From the NCBI GenBank assembly GCA_031370645.1, contig JANMQV010000158.1, positions 1 to 21,729 on the forward strand: a DNA stretch of 21,729 nt, written 5' to 3'. The translations under genes and the position numbers were made by a program. Each line of letters opens with the position of its first letter. The stretch's first letter is position 1. Under the pieces are notes generated by a model, which saw only the letters and a program-made list of their open reading frames with translations, did no database searches and had not been told where the DNA came from. Positions 7,125-14,889 of the stretch are shown piece after piece. This DNA is from Candidatus Eiseniibacteriota bacterium. GTDB lineage: Bacteria; Eisenbacteria; RBG-16-71-46; SZUA-252.

Positions 7125-8927
7125 ATGAGCCACCGCGACCACATCCGAAACTTCTGCATCATCGCCCACATCGACCATGGGAAGTCGACGCTCGCGGATC
7201 GTCTCCTCGAGCTGACGGACACGATCCCCAAGTCGAAGATGAAAGCCCAGGTCCTCGACAACATGGACCTGGAGCGGGAGAAGGGGATCACCATCAAGTC
7301 GCACGCCATCGCCATGCGCTACAGGGCGGCGAACGGCGAGGACTACACGCTGAATCTGATCGACACGCCGGGGCACGTTGACTTCACTTACGAAGTGTCG
7401 CGGAGTCTCGCGGCCTGCGAGGGGGCGATCCTCGTGGTCGACGCCTCCCAGGGCGTGGAAGCGCAGACGATTTCGAATCTCTATCTTGCGCTCGAGCAGA
7501 AGCTGACGATTGTACCGGTGATCAACAAGGTCGATCTGCCGGCCGCCATGCCCGACGAGGTGTCGCTCGAAACCGCCCAGCTCCTCCACGTCGAGCCCGA
7601 GGAGTGTGTCCGCGTTTCGGCGAAGGAGGGGAAGAACATCGGCGCGGTGCTCGAGGCGATTGTCGCGCGCATTCCTCCGCCCCCCGATCGGGAGGGAAGC
7701 TCGCTTCAAGCCCTCATCTTCGATTCGGTCTTCGACCAGTATCGGGGCGTCATCGTCTACGTCCGCGTGATGCGCGGCGCGATCCGCGCCGGGGACAACA
7801 TCCGCTTCCACTCCACGGGCCGAAGCTACGAAGTGCTCGAGGTGGGGGTCTTGCGGCTCGGCTACGAGGCGCACGAGGAACTGGTGTCGGGAGACGTCGG
7901 CTACGTGATCGCCAACGTGAAGGTCGTCTCCGACGCGCGCGTCGGAGATACCGTCACGTCGGCGGAGGACCCCGCGCCCGAAGCGCTTCCCGGCTACCGT
8001 CCGGTGAAGCCGATGGTCTTTTCGGGGCTCTACCCGATCGAGGCGGAATCGTACGAAGACTTGAAGGAGTCGCTCGAGAAACTTCAGCTGAACGACGCTT
8101 CGCTCACCTACGAACCGGAGACGTCGCTCGCGCTCGGATTCGGATTTCGCTGCGGATTCCTCGGTCTCTTGCACCTCGAGATCGTGCAGGAACGCCTGAC
8201 GCGCGAGTACGGGCTCGACCTCATCGCCACCGTCCCGAGCGTGGAGTATCACGTGCTGAAGACGAACGGCGATCTCCTGATGGTCGACAACCCCGCCCTC
8301 ATGCCACCGGCGAACCTGATCGAGACGATCGAGGAGCCGTACGTGAAGGTCCAGGTCGTTGTCCCGACGGAATACGTCGGGAACATCATGCAGCTGGTTC
8401 AGGATCGCCGCGGCATCTTCATGGGCATGGAATACCCGAGTCCCGAGCGCGCGCATCTCGCCTACGAGATTCCGCTCGCCGAAATCGTCCTCGATTTCTA
8501 CGATAAGCTGAAATCGATCAGCCGCGGCTACGCGTCGCTCGACTACGAACTCGCCGGCTTCAAGCAAGCCGAACTCGTGAAAATGGAGCTGCTCCTGAAC
8601 GGAGAGCCGGTCGACGCGCTCTCGATGATCGTCCACCGGGAGAAGTCGCACGACTGGGGACGCACGATCGCCTCGAAGTTGAAGGAGCTCATCCCGCGGC
8701 AGATGTTTCCGATCGCCATCCAGGCCGCCATCGGGAACCAGGTCGTCGCGCGCGAAACGATTTCCGCGCTTCGGAAGAACGTCATCGCCAAGTGCTACGG
8801 CGGCGACATCAGCCGAAAGCGGAAACTCCTGGAAAAGCAGAAGGAAGGGAAGAAGCGGATGAAGCAAGTCGGAACGGTTCGCGTGCCCCAGGAGGCGTTC
8901 CTGGCCGTTCTCAAGGTGGAGCGGTAG
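7125..8927 (+). CDS. lepA: Translation elongation factor 4 (LepA)
   Basis: [70 protein letters not shown] 7125 preferred to 7101, which overlaps the upstream gene. Confidence 0.99.
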   Translation: MSHRDHIRNFCIIAHIDHGKSTLADRLLELTDTIPKSKMKAQVLDNMDLEREKGITIKSHAIAMRYRAANGEDYTLNLIDTPGHVDFTYEVSRSLAACEGAILVVDASQGVEAQTISNLYLALEQKLTIVPVINKVDLPAAMPDEVSLETAQLLHVEPEECVRVSAKEGKNIGAVLEAIVARIPPPPDREGSSLQALIFDSVFDQYRGVIVYVRVMRGAIRAGDNIRFHSTGRSYEVLEVGVLRLGYEAHEELVSGDVGYVIANVKVVSDARVGDTVTSAEDPAPEALPGYRPVKPMVFSGLYPIEAESYEDLKESLEKLQLNDASLTYEPETSLALGFGFRCGFLGLLHLEIVQERLTREYGLDLIATVPSVEYHVLKTNGDLLMVDNPALMPPANLIETIEEPYVKVQVVVPTEYVGNIMQLVQDRRGIFMGMEYPSPERAHLAYEIPLAEIVLDFYDKLKSISRGYASLDYELAGFKQAELVKMELLLNGEPVDALSMIVHREKSHDWGRTIASKLKELIPRQMFPIAIQAAIGNQVVARETISALRKNVIAKCYGGDISRKRKLLEKQKEGKKRMKQVGTVRVPQEAFLAVLKVER

Positions 8928-8956
8928 GGCGGCGCCGCCGCTCTCCACGCCGAGCC

Positions 8957-9622
8957 ATGGCCAACGCCGCCGTCGCGACCACCCGGGGCCGCTCCCGCGC
9001 CAAATCGGCGATTCGGGAGTACCTCGAGGCGCTCGCCCTGGCGATCGTCCTCACGATCGTCGTCCGCGGCCTGGTCATCCAGGCGTTTCGGATTCCGACG
9101 AGCAGCATGGAGGAGACGCTTCAGATCGGCGATTTCCTCTTCGTGAACAAGATGGTCTACGGCTCCGAGATCGACATCGGCGTGGCGGGGCACCAGCTCG
9201 TCTACCACCGCTTCCCGGCGATTCGCGAACCGAAACCGGGGGACGTGATCGTCTTCCGCTACCCCGACGATCCCTCGCGCGATTTCATCAAGCGCTGTGT
9301 GGCGACCGGCGGCCAGACCGTGGAACTCCGAGACAAGGTGCTCTACGTCGACGGCCAGGCGCAGGAAGAACCGTACGTGGTTCACAAGGATCCGCGCGTC
9401 CTTCCGCGCGAGTCGAGTCCTCGCGATAACTTCGGGCCCTACGTCGTTCCCCAGGGCCAGCTCTTCATGATGGGGGACAATCGCGACAACAGCCACGACA
9501 GCCGCTTCTGGGGTGGGCTCCCGCGAACGCTCGTCAAGGGGCAGGCGATGATTCTCTACTGGTCGTGGGATGCCGACCGCCGCCTGCCGCGCCCGGCCCG
9601 ACTCCTCCATCTGATCCGCTGA
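8957..9622 (+). CDS. lepB: Signal peptidase I
   Basis: One TM segment, then IPTSSMEETL (catalytic Ser), DFIKRC (catalytic Lys), MGDNRDNSHDSRFWG; follows lepA. Confidence 0.96.
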   Translation: MANAAVATTRGRSRAKSAIREYLEALALAIVLTIVVRGLVIQAFRIPTSSMEETLQIGDFLFVNKMVYGSEIDIGVAGHQLVYHRFPAIREPKPGDVIVFRYPDDPSRDFIKRCVATGGQTVELRDKVLYVDGQAQEEPYVVHKDPRVLPRESSPRDNFGPYVVPQGQLFMMGDNRDNSHDSRFWGGLPRTLVKGQAMILYWSWDADRRLPRPARLLHLIR

Positions 9623-9644
9623 GCGCCCGCGCGCGGTGCGTAAC

Positions 9645-10787
9645 ATGTCGTTCGGCCTCTACATCCACCTTCCCTACTGCCGGAGTATCTGTCCTTACTG
9701 TGCGTTTGCGACAGCACCGCTCCACCACGCCGAGCCGGAGCGATTTCTTGCGGCGCTCGACCGGGAACTCGCCGCGGCGCGCGCGGAAGGTGGCGCCTGG
9801 TCGCGGCCCGTCACGATCTACGTGGGCGGCGGCACGCCCACGGCGCTCGCTCCGCCGACGCTCCGCCGATTCCTCTCCTGGGTGCGCGCCTCGTTCGATC
9901 TCTCGTCCGTTCGCGAGTGGACGGTGGAGGCGAATCCAGAAGGGCTGACCGACGAGAAACTCGCGCTGTTGCTCGAGGGGGGCGTCGGGCGGCTCAGCAT
10001 CGGGGTGCAATCGCTCGAGCCGGCTATCCTCAAGGCGCTCGGGCGCATTCATACCGCGGAAAAGGCCCTCGACGCGATCGAGCGGGCGCACCGCGCCGGG
10101 TTCAGGCGCGTATCGGCCGATCTCATGGTGGCCGTGCCGGGGGAGACGCCGGAGGGAATCTCCCGAGGAGTGGAGGCGCTTCTCGAGCGCGGCATCACCC
10201 ACCTCTCGGCCTACAGCCTTCAAGTGGAGCCGAACACGCCCTACGCGGCGAAGGTAGCGCGGGGCGCCCTCGTGCCGCCGGGGGACGACACCGCCGCCGA
10301 CCGCTACGCGCTCCTCGACTCGCTCCTCTTGCCGCGCGGCTTCCGCCACTACGAAGTTTCGAACTACGCGCTCTTGGGACTCGAATCGAAGCACAACGTC
10401 GGGTACTGGATCCGGCGCCCCTATCTGGGACTCGGTCCGGGCGCCCACTCGTACGACGGCACGCGGCGTTGGGCGAACGAGCACGATACGCGTCGCTACC
10501 TCGAACGGGTGGAGCAAGCGGGATTGCCGCGCGACGAGATCGTAGCGCTCGACGCCCGCTCCGCCGCGGAAGAGGAAGTCTTCCTGGCGCTTCGCCGCGA
10601 CCGGGGCCTCCGGCTCACGCGACTGAAGGCCCTCGCGGGCGACGTGGTCGCCGAGTGGCTCACGTGGGGGATCGCGGCCGGCGCCCTTCGGCACGATCCG
10701 CCCGGTCGCGTCCGTCCCACGGCGCTTGGCCTCCTCACTTCCCACGAACTCGCCTCGGAGCTCTTCGTCCGCATGAAGCGGACGTGA
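9645..10787 (+). CDS. hemW: Radical SAM heme chaperone HemW (HemN-like)
   Basis: LYIHLPYCRSICPYC (CxxxCxxC), YVGGGTPT, TVEANP, RLSIGVQS, HYEVSNYA, HN..YW...YLGLGPGAHS; sits between lepA/lepB and hrcA. Start 9645 (ATG) or 9636 (GTG). Confidence 0.9.
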   Translation: MSFGLYIHLPYCRSICPYCAFATAPLHHAEPERFLAALDRELAAARAEGGAWSRPVTIYVGGGTPTALAPPTLRRFLSWVRASFDLSSVREWTVEANPEGLTDEKLALLLEGGVGRLSIGVQSLEPAILKALGRIHTAEKALDAIERAHRAGFRRVSADLMVAVPGETPEGISRGVEALLERGITHLSAYSLQVEPNTPYAAKVARGALVPPGDDTAADRYALLDSLLLPRGFRHYEVSNYALLGLESKHNVGYWIRRPYLGLGPGAHSYDGTRRWANEHDTRRYLERVEQAGLPRDEIVALDARSAAEEEVFLALRRDRGLRLTRLKALAGDVVAEWLTWGIAAGALRHDPPGRVRPTALGLLTSHELASELFVRMKRT

Positions 10788-10846
10788 GGCGGTTCGGTGA
10801 TCTTCCGAGCCGGCAACCGGATACGCCGCCGCGGGTGGAGCCCGGC

Positions 10847-10875
10847 TTGACACCCCCCGGCCCCCCTGATAGCGT
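10847..10875 (+). promoter_or_regulatory. Sigma70-type promoter of the hrcA operon
   Basis: TTGACA (10847-10852), 17-nt spacer, TG-n-TAGCGT (10870-10875). Confidence 0.78.
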
Positions 10876-10884
10876 CGGCACCGA

Positions 10885-10911
10885 TTAGCACTGTAGGCGG
10901 CAGAGTGCCAG
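10885..10911 (+). promoter_or_regulatory. CIRCE operator (HrcA binding site)
   Basis: TTAGCACTG-N9-GAGTGCCAG versus consensus TTAGCACTC-N9-GAGTGCTAA (15 of 18 match), just downstream of the -10 and upstream of hrcA. Confidence 0.9.
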
Positions 10912-10948
10912 TGCGCGACCCGAACCCCGAGGCCTTGACGAGACGTCC

Positions 10949-11986
10949 ATGACCCGACCCTCCCACGACATCTTGGATGAGCGACTTCGACGAATCTTGA
11001 CCTTCGTCGTGGAGAGCCACGTCTCGAGCGGCGAGCCGGTGGGATCTCAGTACGTGCGCGCTGCCTATCACCTCAGCATCTCGCCCGCGACGATTCGAAA
11101 CGCGATGCAGCAATTGGAGGAACTCGGCCTACTGTCGCATCCGCACACGTCGGCCGGCCGCGTTCCGACAGAGCAAGGGTATCGCTACTACGTCGATCAC
11201 CTCATGCGCCCCGAGTCGCTCACGCCGGCCACGCGCCGGTCGCTCGACGAGGCGCTCGAGGACGCGAGCCTCGCCGGCGGGCTCGACGATCGGCTACCTC
11301 CGGCGCTGGCGCACGCCGCGCGGCAATTGGCGGTCGTATCGGTTCGCCCTCGCGACGCGTCGCGCGTCCATCGGTTCGAACTCGTCGGTCTTGAGGGTGG
11401 GGAACTGCTGGTCGCGGTCGGTATCGAGGGTGGCCCTCTCGCGACGACCACGTGGCGGCCGGCTTCCGCGGTCGAACCGACCGTGCTCCGCGGCGCGGAG
11501 GCGTGGGTTCGCGCTTCGCTTCCGCTTCTCGGGGCCTCGGCGCTCGAGGCGCTCGCCGCTCGCGTGCGTCAGGAGGCGAGACCCGAGCATGTGGAGATTC
11601 TCGAGGCGGCGCTCGTTCGCGCTTCGCGACTCGTCGCCGGCATGGAGCAACCCGCGGTTCGCCTTGGCGGAGCGGAACACATCGCCTCGCAGCCTGAATT
11701 CCAAACGCCCGACACGCTTCGACCCTTGGTGACGGTGCTCGCGGAGAGGGAGCCGCTCGCTCGCGCGCTCGAATCGTTCGCCGCGGCGTACCTGCCGCGC
11801 GTCTCCATCGGCCACGAGCATGCTCCGGCCGCGATTCAGTCGTGCTCGATCGTCGGGATGGCGGTCGCGTTCGGCCCGTCGCGCGCGGTCATCGGCCTCA
11901 TGGGACCGGTGCGGATGCCGTATCGGCGTGTTTTCGCGCTCCTCTCCTATGTCGGCGAGCGGCTGGGCCCGGGGAGAGACTCGTGA
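10949..11986 (+). CDS. hrcA: Heat-inducible transcription repressor HrcA
   Basis: GEPVGS, SPATIRNAM..LEELGLL.HPHTSAGRVPT..GYRYYVD, QPEF, C-terminal IGLMGPVRMPY; preceded by CIRCE. Confidence 0.95.
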   Translation: MTRPSHDILDERLRRILTFVVESHVSSGEPVGSQYVRAAYHLSISPATIRNAMQQLEELGLLSHPHTSAGRVPTEQGYRYYVDHLMRPESLTPATRRSLDEALEDASLAGGLDDRLPPALAHAARQLAVVSVRPRDASRVHRFELVGLEGGELLVAVGIEGGPLATTTWRPASAVEPTVLRGAEAWVRASLPLLGASALEALAARVRQEARPEHVEILEAALVRASRLVAGMEQPAVRLGGAEHIASQPEFQTPDTLRPLVTVLAEREPLARALESFAAAYLPRVSIGHEHAPAAIQSCSIVGMAVAFGPSRAVIGLMGPVRMPYRRVFALLSYVGERLGPGRDS

Positions 11987-12570
11987 AGAAGAAGCACCAC
12001 GACACGCCGGAGCACGCGGCGGACGCCGCGACCGGCGCACCGGCGGTCGCCTCCGCCGGCAATGCGGCCCCGGCTCCCGCTACGCCGGCGGCGCCCGAAG
12101 ACGCGGACTCGGAACTCCACCGACTTCGCGCGCGAGAGGACGAACTCCTGCGCGCGCTTGCGGAACTGCAAAATGTGAATCGCCGGCGGAAGCAGGAGGC
12201 CGAGGCGGCGCTTCGCTTCGCTGCGGAGCCCTTCCTGCGCGAACTCCTTCCGGTGCTCGACGATTTCGAACGGACGCTCCGCGCGCTCCCGGCGGGCGAC
12301 GATCCGCTCCGTGCCGGAGTGGCGCTGGTCCACGATCGCCTCGCGAAGATTTTGCAACGCGAGGGGCTGGTAGCGCTTCGCCCGCAGGGCGAGCGCTTCG
12401 ACCCTGAACTCCACGACGCCATTGCGCACCTCTCGATTCCCGGCGCCGAACCGGGCACCGTCGTGGAGGTCGCCGTCCCCGGTTACCGGTACCGGGATCG
12501 CGTCCTTCGCCATGCGAAGGTCGTCGTGGCCGCGGCGCCCGAGGTGGCCGGAGGCGGAGAATCCGCGTGA
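11983..12570 (+). CDS. grpE: Nucleotide exchange factor GrpE
   Basis: GTG 11983 overlaps the hrcA stop; [36 protein letters not shown]...[11 protein letters not shown]; 195 aa. Confidence 0.95.
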   Translation: MKKKHHDTPEHAADAATGAPAVASAGNAAPAPATPAAPEDADSELHRLRAREDELLRALAELQNVNRRRKQEAEAALRFAAEPFLRELLPVLDDFERTLRALPAGDDPLRAGVALVHDRLAKILQREGLVALRPQGERFDPELHDAIAHLSIPGAEPGTVVEVAVPGYRYRDRVLRHAKVVVAAAPEVAGGGESA

Positions 12571-13718
12571 GTCCGAAGCGTGACTACTACGACGTGCTCG
12601 GCGTCGAGCGCGGCGCCACGCCGGAAGAATTGAAGAAGGCCTATCGGAAATTGGCCCTTCAGTATCACCCCGACAAGAACCCCGGCGACAAGCCGGCGGA
12701 AGAACGCTTCAAGGAAGTCGCCGAGGCGTACGACATCCTGAGCGATGCCGAGAAGCGCGCCCGTTTCGATCGCTTCGGGCACGCGCCGGCGGGAGCGCCG
12801 AGCGGCGGTGGATTCGAAGGGTACCAGGGCTTCGATCTCTCCGACGCCTTGCGCGCCTTCATGCGCGACTTCGGCGGATTCGGCGGCGGGCTCGGCGACA
12901 TGTTCGAGGGAGATTCCCCGGGACGCGGCGGTCGCGAGCGCCGGGGGAACACACTCGAACTGAGGCTCCGACTCACGCTCGAAGAGATAGCCACCGGCGT
13001 GGAGAAGCGGGTGAAGGTACGCCACATGCGCCCCTGCGCTACCTGCGCCGGCAGTGGGGCGAAGGCGGGCTCGGCGAAGAAGACGTGCACCGTCTGTCGC
13101 GGCGCTGGACAAGTTCGGACGATGCAGCGCTCCATCTTCGGACAGGTGATGAGCGTGACGACGTGCGAACGCTGCCGCGGTGAAGGAACGATCATCGAAT
13201 CTCCGTGCCCGACCTGTTCGGGCGAAGGGCGCGTGCGGCAGCAGTCGGAGATCTCGATCAAGGTGCCGGCCGGTGTCTCGACCGGGAATTACCTGCCGCT
13301 ATCCGGGATGGGCGATGTCGGCCCGCGCGGTGGGCCGGCGGGCGATCTCATCGCGCACATCGAAGAGGAAGAGCACGCGCTCTTCCTTCGCGACGGCGAA
13401 GACTTGATCGTGGACGTTCCGATCAGCATGGCTCGTGCGGCGCTCGGAGGAAAGATCGAGGTGCCGATTCTGGGCGGCGGTCGCGCGGCGATCGACGTGC
13501 CCGCCGGCGCGCCATCGGGGAAGCTCCTTCGGCTCCGCGGCAAAGGGATCAAGAGCCTGCAGCGATCGGGCACCGGCGATCTCTTGGTGCGTCTCGTCGT
13601 GGCCGTGCCTTCGAAACTCTCCGACCGTGCGAAGAAGATCCTGAACGAGTTGGAAGCGCTCCCCGAATCGAAGACGCCACCGCCCCGGCGCCCCGCAGTC
13701 GCCGCCGACGGCCGCTGA
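12567..13718 (+). CDS. dnaJ: Chaperone DnaJ (class A)
   Basis: J domain [15 protein letters not shown]-rich region, four CxxCxGxG repeats, C-terminal domain; GTGA overlap with grpE. Confidence 0.98.
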   Translation: MSPKRDYYDVLGVERGATPEELKKAYRKLALQYHPDKNPGDKPAEERFKEVAEAYDILSDAEKRARFDRFGHAPAGAPSGGGFEGYQGFDLSDALRAFMRDFGGFGGGLGDMFEGDSPGRGGRERRGNTLELRLRLTLEEIATGVEKRVKVRHMRPCATCAGSGAKAGSAKKTCTVCRGAGQVRTMQRSIFGQVMSVTTCERCRGEGTIIESPCPTCSGEGRVRQQSEISIKVPAGVSTGNYLPLSGMGDVGPRGGPAGDLIAHIEEEEHALFLRDGEDLIVDVPISMARAALGGKIEVPILGGGRAAIDVPAGAPSGKLLRLRGKGIKSLQRSGTGDLLVRLVVAVPSKLSDRAKKILNELEALPESKTPPPRRPAVAADGR

Positions 13719-13725
13719 GGCGCAT

Positions 13726-14463
13726 GTGCGCGCCGCCCGCCGTCCCGACACGCTCTTCTGGGTCGACCCCTCGCGCGTCGCGGGGAGCCGGCTCACGCTC
13801 GATCCCGACGAATCGCGCCACCTCCTCCGTGTCTTTCGCGCGGAGAAGGGTACTCCGTTCGAAGCGACCGATGGGGCGGGGACGCGGTATCGCTGCCGGC
13901 TCGTCGACGAGCACCACGGGGAGGCGCGCGCCGAAATCGTCGAGCGTGTCGGAGGCGCGGGAGAGTTCGCGGGCGCCGTCCATCTTATCGTCGGATTGCC
14001 CGAAACGCGGGCCGTGGAGGTGATCGTCGAGCACGCGGTGCCGCTCGGCGTCACCTCGATCTTGTTTGCGGCCTGTCGAAGGAGCGGGCGGGACGAACTC
14101 GGTCCCCTGAAGATGGAGCGAATGGAGCGGATCGCGGTCGCTGGTGTGAAGCAGTCGCTGCGCTCGAGGCTTCCCATCCTTGGGACAACTCCAAACTTGC
14201 AAACCGCGTTGGAGGCGGCGGATCGCGGGACGCGGCTCTTCGCCGACCCCGCTGGGCGCGGGGCGATCGAACTTCCACCCGAGACACCACAACCGCCGAT
14301 CACCGTGGCCGTTGGACCCCCCGGAGGGTTCGACGAGGGGGAGGAGGCGGCGCTCCGGGCGGCTGGATTTCAGCCGATCTCACTTGGTCCCAGCCGGTTA
14401 ACCACCGAAACCGCCTCCCTCGCCATCCTCTCGATAACCCGCAACGCATTAATCGGTCGGTAG
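13726..14463 (+). CDS. rsmE: 16S rRNA m3U1498 methyltransferase RsmE family (divergent)
   Basis: [25 protein letters not shown]...[13 protein letters not shown] (SPOUT knot); usual position downstream of dnaJ. Confidence 0.85.
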   Translation: MRAARRPDTLFWVDPSRVAGSRLTLDPDESRHLLRVFRAEKGTPFEATDGAGTRYRCRLVDEHHGEARAEIVERVGGAGEFAGAVHLIVGLPETRAVEVIVEHAVPLGVTSILFAACRRSGRDELGPLKMERMERIAVAGVKQSLRSRLPILGTTPNLQTALEAADRGTRLFADPAGRGAIELPPETPQPPITVAVGPPGGFDEGEEAALRAAGFQPISLGPSRLTTETASLAILSITRNALIGR

Positions 14464-14474
14464 TTGCCGGCTAT

Positions 14475-14503
14475 TTGACAAATCGCCATCTCCGGGGTAT
14501 CTT
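14475..14503 (+). promoter_or_regulatory. Sigma70-type promoter for rpsU and downstream genes
   Basis: TTGACA (14475-14480), 17-nt spacer, TATCTT (14498-14503), in a locally AT-richer stretch. Confidence 0.8.
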
Positions 14504-14585
14504 CTTTAGCGTTAGGCGAATGCTGCCCACCCACGTGGGCAGCTTGCTTTTCACGTCAAACCCGTGTGAGGAGGCGATACATAGG

Positions 14586-14780
14586 ATGCCCGGCATCAGG
14601 GTCAAAGAAGGCGAGTCCTTCGAGAGTGCCCTTCGCCGGTTCAAGAAGAAATGCGAGAAAGCAGGAGTTCTCGCGGATCTGCGGCGTCATCAGCACTTCG
14701 AGAAACCGAGCGAGCGGAAAAAGCGAAAGCTTAATGCCGCCAAGAGGAAAATGATGGCTCGTATGAAGGTGGCGGACTAA
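14586..14780 (+). CDS. rpsU: 30S ribosomal protein bS21
   Basis: [29 protein letters not shown]...[21 protein letters not shown] at 14568-14574; 64 aa. Confidence 0.97.
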   Translation: MPGIRVKEGESFESALRRFKKKCEKAGVLADLRRHQHFEKPSERKKRKLNAAKRKMMARMKVAD

Positions 14781-14807
14781 AGCCCTCTTCACCGAGCGGC
14801 AAACCCG

Positions 14808-14837
14808 ACGGGAAACCGGCCTGAGCCGGTTTCCCGT
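14808..14837 (+). terminator. Strong hairpin after rpsU (attenuator, terminator or mRNA-stabilising stem)
   Basis: ACGGGAAACCGGC-CTGA-GCCGGTTTCCCGT, perfect 13-bp stem; no proper U tract. Confidence 0.6.
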
Positions 14838-14889
14838 TCGTCTCCTGGGCCGGCGACCGGCTTGGCCCCTCACCCCCGGAACGATCGCC

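Noticed and set aside
14475..14585. N-terminally extended bS21 from TTG 14475
   Set aside because: That TTG is the -35 box. ATG 14586 has an SD and gives a normal-length 64-aa protein.
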